A stretch of 26,754 nt of DNA from an uncultured Selenomonadaceae bacterium (GCA_905236255.1 CAJOPK010000003.1:1-26754); one strand, 5' to 3'. Positions 1-9,645 are shown, numbered from the stretch's first letter. Notes: a model not told the origin generated them from the letters alone. Numbers and translations are program-made.

Positions 1-2
1 AC

Positions 3-1520
3 GAAAAAATCGAATTTTATAAAACTCTCGTTAAAGTCGGATTTAAAGAAATTGAAGTCGGTTTTCCCGCCGCATCGGAAACGGAATACGCGCTTTTGAG
101 AAAATTGATTGAGGACAATCTCATTCCCGACGACGTTACCGTCCAAGTTTTGACACAGGCGCGGGAACACATCATAAAGAAAACTTTTGAGGCTTTGGAC
201 GGCGCAAAAAATGCAATCGTTCACGTCTACAATTCCACTTCACTTGCACAGCGCGAACAGGTTTTCAAAATGTCGAAGGACGAAATCAAAAAAATTGCGA
301 CGGACGGCGCGAAACTTCTTCTGGAACTTACCGAAAAAGCCGGCGCGAATTATCGTTTTGAATATTCGCCGGAAAGTTTCACCGGAACGGAGCCGGAATA
401 CGCGCTTGAAGTTTGTAATGCGGTTTTGGACGTTTGGGAGCCGGTTATCGACAGAAATCCGATCATCAACATTCCGGTCACGGTCGAAATGTCAATGCCG
501 CACGTTTACGCCATGCAGGTTGCTTACATAAACAAACATTTGAAATATCGCGACAAAGTCGTTTTGAGTTTGCACCCTCACAACGATCGCGGTTGCGGTG
601 TTGCCGATTCCGAAATGGGACTGCTTGCCGGCGCGGACAGAATTGAGGGAACTCTTTTCGGAAACGGCGAAAGAACCGGCAACGTCGATATCGTCACTCT
701 TGCGATGAATATGTTTGCACTCGGAGTAGATCCGAAACTTGACTTTACGAATATGCCGGAACTTGTCGAAATGTACGAACGCGTTACCCGTATGCACGTC
801 CATGATCGTCAACCTTATGCCGGCGCGCTTGTCTTTACCGCCTTCAGCGGAAGTCATCAGGACGCGATTGCAAAGGGTATGCATTGGCGCGACGAAAAAA
901 ATCCGAGTCGGTGGACGGTTCCTTACTTGCCGATCGATCCGCACGATGTCGGTCGCGAATACGACGGCGACGTTATCAGAATCAACAGCCAGAGCGGCAA
1001 GGGCGGAGTCGGTTTCATCATGGAACAGCGTTACGGCATCGAAATGCCGAAAAAAATGCGCGAGGACTTCGGCTATTGCGTCAAGGGCGTTTCCGACAAA
1101 AAACACAAGGAACTCATGCCGGACGAAATTTATCAGATTTTCCACGACGAATATGTAAACGTTTCCGCGCCGTACAAACTGATTGAATTTGCGCTCAAAA
1201 AAGAACCGGACGGCTCCAGAAGCGGCAACGTCGAAGTCGAAGTAAACGGGGAACACGTCACATATTCCGCACGCGGTAACGGCAGACTTGACGCGATAAG
1301 CAACGCCATGCAAAAAAATCTCGGCATAAAATATGCAAACGTCACTTACAACGAACACGCGCTTGAAATCGGTCAGACCGCACGGGCTATGGCTTATATC
1401 AGCATTACGGCGGAGGACGGAAAGATTTTCTGGGGCGCCGGCATGGATACCGATATTATCACCGCATCAATTCTCGCGCTTTTCAGCGCAATCAACAGAA
1501 TGGTTGCAAGTCAAAACTAA
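3..1520 (+). CDS. leuA: 2-isopropylmalate synthase (yeast/actinobacterial-type LeuA), 5'-truncated by window edge
   Basis: Frame is open from position 3 (EKIEFYKTLVKVGFKEIEVGFPAASETE). Motifs HVYNSTS, EYSPESF, HPHNDRG (metal), LFGNGERTGN, AFSGSHQDAI, RINSQSGKGG; C-terminal regulatory domain present; stop TAA 1518-1520. Confidence 0.95.
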   Translation, partial: EKIEFYKTLVKVGFKEIEVGFPAASETEYALLRKLIEDNLIPDDVTVQVLTQAREHIIKKTFEALDGAKNAIVHVYNSTSLAQREQVFKMSKDEIKKIATDGAKLLLELTEKAGANYRFEYSPESFTGTEPEYALEVCNAVLDVWEPVIDRNPIINIPVTVEMSMPHVYAMQVAYINKHLKYRDKVVLSLHPHNDRGCGVADSEMGLLAGADRIEGTLFGNGERTGNVDIVTLAMNMFALGVDPKLDFTNMPELVEMYERVTRMHVHDRQPYAGALVFTAFSGSHQDAIAKGMHWRDEKNPSRWTVPYLPIDPHDVGREYDGDVIRINSQSGKGGVGFIMEQRYGIEMPKKMREDFGYCVKGVSDKKHKELMPDEIYQIFHDEYVNVSAPYKLIEFALKKEPDGSRSGNVEVEVNGEHVTYSARGNGRLDAISNAMQKNLGIKYANVTYNEHALEIGQTARAMAYISITAEDGKIFWGAGMDTDIITASILALFSAINRMVASQN

Positions 1521-1553
1521 AATCGAATTTGTAAAATTGAAGGGAGAAAAATT

Positions 1554-2279
1554 ATGTCCGGACATTCAAAATGGGCAAACATTAAACGTAAAAAAGGCGC
1601 AAACGATGCAATTCGCGGCGCATTGACAACAAAAATCGGGCGCGAAATTACCATCGCCGTAAAAATGGGCGGTTCCGATCCTACCGGCAACATGCGCCTC
1701 AAACTTGCATTGACGAAGGCGAAAGCAAACAACATTCCGAAAGACAATATCAACCGCGCAATTCAAAAGGGACTCGGCGCGGCCGACGGCGCAAATTATG
1801 AAGAAATTACTTACGAAGGATACGGGCCCGGCGGCGCGGCTCTCATGATTGATATTTTGACCGACAACCGCAACCGGACGGCGGCTGACATTCGTCATAT
1901 TTTTTCAAAGTACGGCGGAAATTTGGGAGAAACCGGTTGCGTCGGCTGGATGTTTAAACAGAAGGCGGTTTTTGTCGTCGAAAAGGAAATTTTTGACGAT
2001 GAAGATGCTTTGATGGAAATTGTCATGGACGCGGGTGCGGAAGATTTTAATGCCGACGATGAAGTATTTGAAATTACTGCGGCTCCGGAAGATTTTGACG
2101 CGATCGAAAATGCCCTTGCCGAAAAGGGAATTGAAACGGCTTCCGCCGAAATAACTCAAGTCCCCGACACCACAGTTCAACTTTCCGGAAAAGATTCGGA
2201 GAGTATGCAGAAACTTCTTGACGCTCTCGACGAAAATGACGACGTTCAAAACGTCTACGGAAATTATGAATTGGAATAA
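1554..2279 (+). CDS. yebC: YebC/PmpR (TACO1) family protein
   Basis: MSGHSKWANIKRKKG start, GGSDPTGNMRL, YEGYGPGG, LTDNRNRT, DDVQNVY; SD AGGGAG upstream. Confidence 0.95.
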   Translation: MSGHSKWANIKRKKGANDAIRGALTTKIGREITIAVKMGGSDPTGNMRLKLALTKAKANNIPKDNINRAIQKGLGAADGANYEEITYEGYGPGGAALMIDILTDNRNRTAADIRHIFSKYGGNLGETGCVGWMFKQKAVFVVEKEIFDDEDALMEIVMDAGAEDFNADDEVFEITAAPEDFDAIENALAEKGIETASAEITQVPDTTVQLSGKDSESMQKLLDALDENDDVQNVYGNYELE

Positions 2280-2293
2280 ACGGCAGTGAAAAA

Positions 2294-2788
2294 ATGCTGG
2301 CACTCGGAATAGATCCCGGCACCGCAATTTGCGGATACGGTTTTGTCGAATATTCGGGCGGGCGTTTGATCGCGAAAGATTACGGCGCAATAACGACAAG
2401 CCCGAAGGCTTTGATGCAGGACAGACTTTTAAAAATTCACACGGAACTTGACGCGCTCATAAAAAAATATCGCCCGGAAGTTATGGGAATCGAAAAACTT
2501 TTCTTCGGACGAAATGCAACAACGGCAATTCCCGTCGGGCAGGCGAGGGGAATTGTTTTGCTGTGTGCCGCGCAAAACAATCTTGACATTGTCGAAATGA
2601 CACCGAATGAAGTAAAGATGTCGATCACCGGTTACGGCGGCTCCAAAAAAGATCAGGTGATTTTTATGGTCACCCGGATTTTAAATCTTCCGGAGCCGCC
2701 CAAGCCGGACGACACTGCGGACGCATTGGCAATAGCGATAGGCGCGGCTTATGAATCGCAGAGTTTGGCGCGCAGGAATTTTTTGTAA
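2294..2788 (+). CDS. ruvC: Holliday junction resolvase RuvC
   Basis: LGIDPG, GIEKLFF, VGQARG, EVKMSITGYG, PDDTADALAIA; catalytic acidic residues retained. Confidence 0.95.
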   Translation: MLALGIDPGTAICGYGFVEYSGGRLIAKDYGAITTSPKALMQDRLLKIHTELDALIKKYRPEVMGIEKLFFGRNATTAIPVGQARGIVLLCAAQNNLDIVEMTPNEVKMSITGYGGSKKDQVIFMVTRILNLPEPPKPDDTADALAIAIGAAYESQSLARRNFL

Positions 2789-2821
2789 AATTTGACCGCC
2801 GTATTTTGAGGTATGATAAAA

Positions 2822-5209
2822 ATGAAGTTTGATTTTAACGATTCCCGGAAGATTTTGGAATTTGATAAAATTCGCGAAAGACTCAAAAATTGTGCGACAA
2901 GCAATTTCGGAAAAGAACTTGCGGAAAGAATTGAGCCGGACGATGATTTTGAAACGGTAAAAGAAAATCTTTCCCGAACGACGGAGGCGGTAAAAATTTT
3001 TGCGATGACCGCGCCGCCTTTGGGGGGGATTCGGGATATTCGCGAAACCTTGAAAAAAATAAAACTCGGTTCTTCCGCAGATGCCGAAGAATTTTTGGAT
3101 ATTCTTTCGACGATGTACGCGATGCGACAGGTCAAATATTTTTTCCGGGATACCGACATTGACGCGCCGCAATTAAAATCACGGGCGGCGGAAATTGAGA
3201 TTTTGGGAAATTTGGAACGCCGGCTTGAAAATGCGATTGACGAACACGGCGCGGTTAAAGATACGGCAAGCGTCGAATTGCAAAAAATTCGTCGGGAACT
3301 TCGGACGGCGCAAAACAAAATTAAAACAGACATTTTTAATATTCTGCATGACAATTCCAATCAGAAAATTTTTCAAGATGCGATTGTCACAATGCGCGGA
3401 GACCGTTACGTTATCCCGGTCAAAGCCGAATATAAATCCTCTTTTCCCGGAATTGTTCACGACAGATCCGCAACCGGTGCGACGATTTTTATCGAGCCGA
3501 TGGCAATTGTAAATTTGAACAACGACATCAAACAACTTGAGGCGGACGAACGTCATGAAGTTGCAAGGATTTTGAGAGTTTTGAGTGAGGACGTTCGCAA
3601 AAATTCCGGCGACCTTTCAAACAACGTCGAAATTCTTGCAGAAATTGATTTGGTTTTTGCAAAGGCAAAATTTGCCCGCGAAATTGACGCGACGGAGCCG
3701 ATTTTAAGCGATTACACGGATTTAATTTTTGCGCGTCACCCTTTGATAAATCCGGAAGAAGTTGTCCCGATTGACATTAAACTGGGCGAAAATTTTTCAA
3801 TGTTGCTTGTCACCGGCCCGAATACCGGCGGTAAAACCGTTTCAATGAAAACTTTGGGATTGCTGTCTTTAATGGCTCAATCCGGACTTTACATTCCCGC
3901 AAAAAGCGGTTCAAAAATTGCCGTATACAAAAATATTTTTGCCGACATAGGCGACGAGCAGTCAATCGAACAAAGTCTTTCGACTTTTTCCGCGCACATG
4001 ACGAAACTTGTAAAAATTTTGGCGGAAGTCGAATCGACCGACCTTGTACTTTTGGACGAATTGGGAGCAGGTACGGATCCGGACGAAGGCACTGCACTTG
4101 CGACGGCGATTTTGGAAAGACTTTTGACAATAAAAGTTTCGACCGTTGCCACAACTCATTATTCCGAATTGAAAACTTTTGCATGGTCAACGGACGGAAT
4201 AGAAAATGCCTGCGTCGAATTTAACGCCGAAACTTTAAAGCCCACTTACCGGCTTTTAATCGGAATACCCGGCGCGAGTAATGCGTTTGCAATAAGTGAG
4301 CGTTTGGGCTTGCCGAAAAGTTTGATTCTGCGCGCAAAACAATTCATAAATTCCGAACACGCGAATTTTGAAAAAGTTGTTTCGGAACTTGAAAACGAGC
4401 GTATAATGTACGAACAGCGAAATGCCGAAATTTCCGAGCGTCAAATGAAACTCGCCCGGCATGAAAAAGAAATTGCCGCAATTCGCGAAGAACTTTCAAA
4501 GTCCAAAAGCGACATTGTTCGCAAGGCACGCGAAAAAGCTGCCGCCGAAATTCGCAAGACAAAAAGAGAAGCGGAAGAAATTATCGATGCGCTTAAAGAA
4601 CAATTCGACGATTCCGGCGTTAAAAAACGTCAGCAGACAATTCAAGCCGCCCGCGACAAATTGCGGGAGATGGAAGACGAAAATTCTCCGGGAATTGTCG
4701 GGCAAAAATCTTTGGGCAAACGCATAAACCGGAAAATTCTCGAAGTCGGCGATACTGTTTACATTCCTTCACTGGATCAAAAAGGGACGGTGCTTTCGAT
4801 AGAAAAAGACGGAAAAGAATTGACCGTTCAGCTCGGAAGCATGAGGACGACCGTCCAAACTTCAAAATGCAGATTCGTCGGTCACGGTCAAAAGGAAATT
4901 GAAATTTCTCCGCCCGTCGTAAATGTAAATCGCGGTTCCGCCGGACTTTTGGAAAAGACTTCGCAAATCGGCAGGGATATTGACATTCGCGGCTTGCAGG
5001 TAAACGAAGCCGAACAACTTTGCGGAAAATTTATCGACGATGCCGCGCTTGCCGGATTGAAAAGAGTTTTGATAATTCACGGAAAAGGTACCGGCGCACT
5101 TCGCAAGGGTATTCACGATTTTCTGCGAACAAACAGATCCGTCGAAAGTTTTCGGCTTGCCGATATTGACGAAGGCGGATCCGGTGCCACCGAAGTCGAT
5201 TTGAGATAA
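2822..5209 (+). CDS. mutS2: MutS2 endonuclease/ATPase (Smr and KOW domains)
   Basis: LEFDKI N-terminus, VHDRSATGATIFIEP, Walker A GPNTGGKT, DIGDEQSIEQSLSTFS, LLDELGAGTDP, KOW-like VGDTVYI, Smr IIHGKGTGALR. Start placed at ATG 2822 (GAGGT 9 nt upstream); ATG 2813 is an alternative. Confidence 0.93.
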   Translation: MKFDFNDSRKILEFDKIRERLKNCATSNFGKELAERIEPDDDFETVKENLSRTTEAVKIFAMTAPPLGGIRDIRETLKKIKLGSSADAEEFLDILSTMYAMRQVKYFFRDTDIDAPQLKSRAAEIEILGNLERRLENAIDEHGAVKDTASVELQKIRRELRTAQNKIKTDIFNILHDNSNQKIFQDAIVTMRGDRYVIPVKAEYKSSFPGIVHDRSATGATIFIEPMAIVNLNNDIKQLEADERHEVARILRVLSEDVRKNSGDLSNNVEILAEIDLVFAKAKFAREIDATEPILSDYTDLIFARHPLINPEEVVPIDIKLGENFSMLLVTGPNTGGKTVSMKTLGLLSLMAQSGLYIPAKSGSKIAVYKNIFADIGDEQSIEQSLSTFSAHMTKLVKILAEVESTDLVLLDELGAGTDPDEGTALATAILERLLTIKVSTVATTHYSELKTFAWSTDGIENACVEFNAETLKPTYRLLIGIPGASNAFAISERLGLPKSLILRAKQFINSEHANFEKVVSELENERIMYEQRNAEISERQMKLARHEKEIAAIREELSKSKSDIVRKAREKAAAEIRKTKREAEEIIDALKEQFDDSGVKKRQQTIQAARDKLREMEDENSPGIVGQKSLGKRINRKILEVGDTVYIPSLDQKGTVLSIEKDGKELTVQLGSMRTTVQTSKCRFVGHGQKEIEISPPVVNVNRGSAGLLEKTSQIGRDIDIRGLQVNEAEQLCGKFIDDAALAGLKRVLIIHGKGTGALRKGIHDFLRTNRSVESFRLADIDEGGSGATEVDLR

Positions 5210-5243
5210 ATTTTTGCCGGCAATTCGGAAAGGAAATTTTTTG

Positions 5244-6131
5244 ATGAAATTACAGACGATTGAATATTATTTTCGGGAAGTTCTCGTTTCGATGATAAGA
5301 AATCGCATGATGACTTTTGCCTCAATCGGAACGGTTGCGGTGTCGTTATTCGTTTTGGGCGTATTTTTTATTTTGGTCATGAATATGACAAAAATGGCGG
5401 ATTCGCTTGAAAGCCGGGTTCAAATTTCGGCTTATTTGAACGACGCACTTCCGGAAGAAGGACGCAAGGAAGTCGAACGAATGACACGCGATTTAAAAAG
5501 TGTCACCAAAATAGAATATATTCCGAAAGAGCAGGCACTTCAAAAATTACAGGAAAGACTCGGAGAACAGCGGAAAATTCTGGACGCGCTCGGCGATTCA
5601 AACCCTCTGCCCAATTCTTTTTTGATAACGGTGAGATCGGCGGATGAAGTTCAAAAAACTGCCGTTGCCGTTGCCGATTTGTACGGAGTTGACGAAGTAA
5701 AATACGGGCAGGACGTTGCCGAGCATTTGTTTGACTTGACGCATTTGATGCGACTTTTCGGATTGATTTTGATGATTTTGTTGACCGGTGCGACGATTTT
5801 CATAATTGCAAATACAATTCGTCTTACGGTTTTTGCCCGGCGAAAAGAAATTGCGATAATGAAATTTGTCGGGGCGACGGATTGGTTTATACGCTGGCCT
5901 TTCATTTTGGAAGGAATGGGCTTGGGACTTATCGGCGGCGGAATAAGCGCGCTGTTTTTGAGAAGTTTTTATTCCGCAACGGCTGCGAAAATGTACTCGA
6001 CTCTTGCATTTTTCCCGCTTATCGAACAATATCCGTTTATGAATTATGTTACGGCGGCATTGATAACGGCGGGAATGTTAATCGGAACTTTGGGAAGTGC
6101 GGTTTCTCTCAAGAAATTTTTGGAGGTCTGA
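5244..6131 (+). CDS. ftsX: Cell division ABC permease FtsX
   Basis: Four hydrophobic segments with a large extracellular loop, NPLPNSF, IANTIRLTVFARRKEIAIMKFVGATDWFIRWPFILEG. Start at ATG 5244 (SD GGAAAGGA); the listed 5214 start lacks an SD. Confidence 0.92.
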   Translation: MKLQTIEYYFREVLVSMIRNRMMTFASIGTVAVSLFVLGVFFILVMNMTKMADSLESRVQISAYLNDALPEEGRKEVERMTRDLKSVTKIEYIPKEQALQKLQERLGEQRKILDALGDSNPLPNSFLITVRSADEVQKTAVAVADLYGVDEVKYGQDVAEHLFDLTHLMRLFGLILMILLTGATIFIIANTIRLTVFARRKEIAIMKFVGATDWFIRWPFILEGMGLGLIGGGISALFLRSFYSATAAKMYSTLAFFPLIEQYPFMNYVTAALITAGMLIGTLGSAVSLKKFLEV

Positions 6132-6133
6132 AA

Positions 6134-7306
6134 ATGAAGAAATTTTTTGCGACCTTTTTAATTGCAAGTCTTTTGACCGGTGCGACGGTTTACGCCGAAA
6201 ATCTCGAAAACAAAAAAGCCGATTACGATGCGGCGGCTCAAAAGGCACTTCAAAAATCCGAAGCGATTCAAGAAAAAATTGATTCGGTTTCGGAAGTCAA
6301 AAGAGTTTTGGACGAAGAAGCCGATATTGCCGTTGCCGATTATGAAGAAAAACAGGGCGCACTTGATACGACTTTGGCAAGGATTGAAGAGAACGAAAAC
6401 AAACTTGCCGAAACGGAAGCCGATTACAAATTAAAGCACGGAATTTTGGAAAAGAGAGTTCGCGACATTTACATAAACGGACAAATTTCGTATATCGACG
6501 TACTTTTCGGTGCGAAAGATTTTTCGGATTTTCTTACGCGAATGGACTTGTTAAAGCGCGTAATTATGCAGGATTCGGAATTGGTCAACATTGTTTTGAA
6601 GTATCAAAACGAAATTAAGGAAGTCGGCAAGCAACTTGAAGCCGACAGACGTATTCAGGCGGAACTTGCAGAAAAAGCCGAAACGGCAAAGGAAATCAAA
6701 CTTCAAAAAGTTGCCCGTCAGCAGGAACTTATTGACCGAATGCAAAACGATAAAGCCGTTTATGACAGGCAATACGACGAAATGATGGCGGCATCAAAAC
6801 AAGTCGAACAAATGATTCAAGAGAGTAAATATCGTGCGGCGGCTGAAGAAGAGGCACGTCGGCGGAGAGCCTCTCAAAGTTCTTCCGGCGGAGGAAGTTC
6901 TCAAGGATATGTTGCGCGCGGTTCCGGTGCGATGATTTGGCCGGTTTCCGGCCCGATAACTTCACCTTTCGGTTGGAGAACTCACCCGATTTTCGGCACA
7001 AAGCGTTTTCACAGCGGGCTTGATATTGCCGCCGATTACGGAACTCCGATTCGTGCCGCAGACTCCGGCGTTGTCACTCATTCCGGCTGGATAGGCGGAT
7101 ACGGAAATACGGTCATGATAGATCACGGCGGCGGAATTGTGACTTTGTACGGACACAATCAAAGTCTTGCCGTCAGTGTCGGTCAATCGGTAAGTCAAGG
7201 GCAGGTTGTTTCTTATTGCGGATCTACCGGAAATTCGACCGGTCCGCATTGTCATTTTGAAGTAAGAAGAAACGGAGAACCCGTCAGCCCTTACAATTAT
7301 TTATAA
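6134..7306 (+). CDS. Secreted coiled-coil plus M23 metallopeptidase (EnvC/FtsEX-partner-like murein hydrolase)
   Basis: ATG 6134 with SD GGAGG; signal peptide MKKFFATFLIASLLTGATVYA; long coiled coil; Ser/Gly linker; M23 motifs HSGLD (HxxxD) and HCH (HxH) intact; lies directly after ftsX. Confidence 0.88.
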   Translation: MKKFFATFLIASLLTGATVYAENLENKKADYDAAAQKALQKSEAIQEKIDSVSEVKRVLDEEADIAVADYEEKQGALDTTLARIEENENKLAETEADYKLKHGILEKRVRDIYINGQISYIDVLFGAKDFSDFLTRMDLLKRVIMQDSELVNIVLKYQNEIKEVGKQLEADRRIQAELAEKAETAKEIKLQKVARQQELIDRMQNDKAVYDRQYDEMMAASKQVEQMIQESKYRAAAEEEARRRRASQSSSGGGSSQGYVARGSGAMIWPVSGPITSPFGWRTHPIFGTKRFHSGLDIAADYGTPIRAADSGVVTHSGWIGGYGNTVMIDHGGGIVTLYGHNQSLAVSVGQSVSQGQVVSYCGSTGNSTGPHCHFEVRRNGEPVSPYNYL

Positions 7307-7323
7307 AAAAAAACGGAATATTT

Positions 7324-7353
7324 ATCGGCAAACAAAAAATTGCCGATTTTTTT
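7324..7353 (+). terminator. Rho-independent terminator for the + strand run
   Basis: ATCGGCAA-acaaaaaa-TTGCCGAT followed by TTTTTT. Confidence 0.7.
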
Positions 7354-7370
7354 GTAAAAAATTTCGGCAA
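7331..7370 (-). terminator. Rho-independent terminator for cbiD, sharing an arm with the + strand terminator
   Basis: Minus strand TTGCCGA-aattttttacaaaaaaa-TCGGCAA followed by TTTTTTGTTT, immediately after the cbiD stop. Confidence 0.55.
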
Positions 7371-8441
7371 TCAGAAATCTTCGTCAAAATTGAAACTTCC
7401 CAAAACATTCCAGGCGTAATCCGTCAAAATTACTCCGACCCGCATTTCTCCGAAAACATATCTTTCCGCCCGGAAACTTGCGCGCCGGGCAATTTTATTC
7501 CAAACTTCCGAAAGATTGTTTTTTTCGATAATTTTTGCCGCATCCTCCGTCGTATTTGCGGAAAGAATTTTGTGAACTTCTTCCGCCGGCAAACCTTCCG
7601 CAGCCGAATATGCCGCCAAAGTTTCAAGCCGGGCATCGGAAATCCGGTTGTGCGTATGAAAATTTCCCGCCGCAACTTTTACCAATTTCCCGATATGTCC
7701 GCAGAGAATGACTTTTTTTATTTTGCGTTCGACCGCCGCCTCCAACATAAAACCGACAAAATTGCTCATGTGAACGACCGCGCCGAAAGGCAATCCGATT
7801 TTTGCGGCAATCGTTTCGCCGATCCTGCCCGGAACAAAAACGAGAGTTTCAAAACCTGCCGCCTTTGCCACGTCGATTTGAGGGACAAGAGAATTTTTGA
7901 AAGCCTCTTCGGACATGGGATGCAAAACTCCGGTCGTCCCGATAACGGAAATTCCGCCTTCAATTCCGAGAACCGGGTTTAAAGTTTTTTTTGCAAGTTC
8001 AACGCCCGCCGGAATCGAAATTTCGACTTCAAGTCCGGAAATTTCAAATTCTTCCGCAACATTTTTGATAAGTTGACGGGGCCCCGGATTTATTGCCGGC
8101 TCCCCGACCGGAACAGACAAGCCGGGTTTTGTGACTTTCCCGATCCCCCTGCCGGCTTTAAAAACAATTTCATTTCCGGGAATTTTTTTTATCGTCACAA
8201 AAACCGACGCGCCGTTTGTAACGTCCGGATCGTCGCCGGAATCTTTTACGATTTCCGCACGAAAAATTTCGTCCGAAATCTCTTCGACTTTTGCTACCGG
8301 AATTTTTAAAATCGTTCCGTCAAGCGCAATTATTTCGACTTCCGAAACAAATTCGCCGGATCCGCTTAAAATCAATGCTGCCTTTACCGCCGCCGCCGCG
8401 CAGGCTCCGGTGGTAAATCCGCTTTTCAATTTGTCCGGCAT
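7371..8441 (-). CDS. cbiD: Cobalt-precorrin-5B C1-methyltransferase CbiD
   Basis: GFTTGACAAAA, KDSGDDPDVT, GEPAINPGPR, NPVLGIEGGISVIGTTG, GHIGKLVKVAAGNFHTH; 356 aa. Confidence 0.93.
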   Translation of the reverse strand: MPDKLKSGFTTGACAAAAVKAALILSGSGEFVSEVEIIALDGTILKIPVAKVEEISDEIFRAEIVKDSGDDPDVTNGASVFVTIKKIPGNEIVFKAGRGIGKVTKPGLSVPVGEPAINPGPRQLIKNVAEEFEISGLEVEISIPAGVELAKKTLNPVLGIEGGISVIGTTGVLHPMSEEAFKNSLVPQIDVAKAAGFETLVFVPGRIGETIAAKIGLPFGAVVHMSNFVGFMLEAAVERKIKKVILCGHIGKLVKVAAGNFHTHNRISDARLETLAAYSAAEGLPAEEVHKILSANTTEDAAKIIEKNNLSEVWNKIARRASFRAERYVFGEMRVGVILTDYAWNVLGSFNFDEDF

Positions 8442-9460
8442 TATCTGTTACCGTACATTTTTTCGTAATAATTTTGATATTCGCCGCTTACGATCTTTTC
8501 CCACCATGATTTATTGTCGAGGTACCAGGCTACGGTTTTTTTGATGCCGTCGTCAAATTTTGTTTTGGGTGTCCAGCCGAGTTCCGTTTCAATTTTCGTC
8601 GGGTCAATCGCGTAACGCAAATCATGACCTTTTCGATCCGTGACAAATTCGATTAAATCTTCACTCTTGCCCAAAATTTTCAAAATCGTTTTGACGACTT
8701 CCAAATTTGTTCGTTCGTTGTGACCGCCGATGTTGTAAATTTCGCCGACCGTGCCTTTTCTCAAAATAAGATCAATCGCCGAACAATGATCTTCAACGTA
8801 AAGCCAATCGCGAACATTTGCGCCGGCACCGTAAACCGGCAATTTTTTGTCGTTGAGCGCGTTTATTATCATGAGCGGAATAAGTTTTTCCGGGAAGTGA
8901 TAAGGGCCGTAATTGTTCGAGCAGCGGGAAATGGTCGCCGGAAATTGATAAGTTCTGATATAGGCTTGGACGAGCAAATCTGCGGAGGCCTTGCTTGCCG
9001 AATACGGGCTTGACGTGTGAATCGGAGTTTTTTCGGTGAAAAACAAATCCGGTCTGTCAAGCGGCAAATCTCCGTAAACTTCGTCGGTCGAAACCTGATG
9101 ATAACGATCAACTTTAAATTTTCGTGCCGCGTCCATCAAAATGCCGGTGCCGATTATGTTGGTTTTCAAGAAAAGTCCGGGATCTTCGATTGATCTGTCA
9201 ACATGACTTTCCGCCGCAAAATTTACCACCACATTCGGACGAAATTCTTCAAAGGCTTTGTAAACTTCTTCACGATCCGAAATATCTCCGCGAACAAATT
9301 TAAAAGTCGGCAGAGGTTCCGCCGCCGCCAAAGTTTCCAAATTTCCGGCATAAGTGAGTTTATCGAAACATATAACGCTGTCCGCCGGACGATTTTTCAG
9401 CAGATAATAAATAAAGTTTGCGCCGATAAATCCCGCGCCGCCCGTTACAAAAATTGTCAT
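8441..9460 (-). CDS. rfbB: dTDP-glucose 4,6-dehydratase
   Basis: VTGGAGFIG, DKLTYAGN, AAESHVDRSI, STDEVYG, YSASK, RKGHDLRYA. True start MTIFV at 9460 (SD AGGAGG 9478-9473). Stop overlaps the cbiD start (TAATG). Confidence 0.95.
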   Translation of the reverse strand: MTIFVTGGAGFIGANFIYYLLKNRPADSVICFDKLTYAGNLETLAAAEPLPTFKFVRGDISDREEVYKAFEEFRPNVVVNFAAESHVDRSIEDPGLFLKTNIIGTGILMDAARKFKVDRYHQVSTDEVYGDLPLDRPDLFFTEKTPIHTSSPYSASKASADLLVQAYIRTYQFPATISRCSNNYGPYHFPEKLIPLMIINALNDKKLPVYGAGANVRDWLYVEDHCSAIDLILRKGTVGEIYNIGGHNERTNLEVVKTILKILGKSEDLIEFVTDRKGHDLRYAIDPTKIETELGWTPKTKFDDGIKKTVAWYLDNKSWWEKIVSGEYQNYYEKMYGNR

Positions 9461-9541
9461 TTTTGAAATATACCTCCTCAAAAAAATATCCGGTTTTGTC
9501 TTGCCGTGTATCCGAAATTCCACTCCGCGATTGTTTTTGTC

Positions 9542-9570
9542 ATTATAATTTCACAACGATATTTTTGCAA
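9542..9570 (-). promoter_or_regulatory. Sigma-A type promoter for rfbB-cbiD
   Basis: TTGCAA (9570-9565), 17 nt, TATAAT (9547-9542). Confidence 0.7.
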
Positions 9571-9595
9571 CATCGGACAAAGTTTTTTGTCAAAA

Positions 9596-9627
9596 CAAAC
9601 CGAAAAGCCCCCGCATATGCGAGGGCT
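9596..9627 (-). terminator. Terminator downstream of tRNA-Pro
   Basis: AGCCCTCGC-ATAT-GCGGGGGCT (one G-U pair) followed by TTTCGGTTTG. Confidence 0.7.
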
Positions 9628-9645
9628 CGAATTTTTCAAAATCAA

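Noticed and set aside
2792-2822. Internal promoter before mutS2 (TTGACC...TATGAT)
   Set aside because: Spacer is only 14 nt; alternative -10 choices would start transcription past the start codon.
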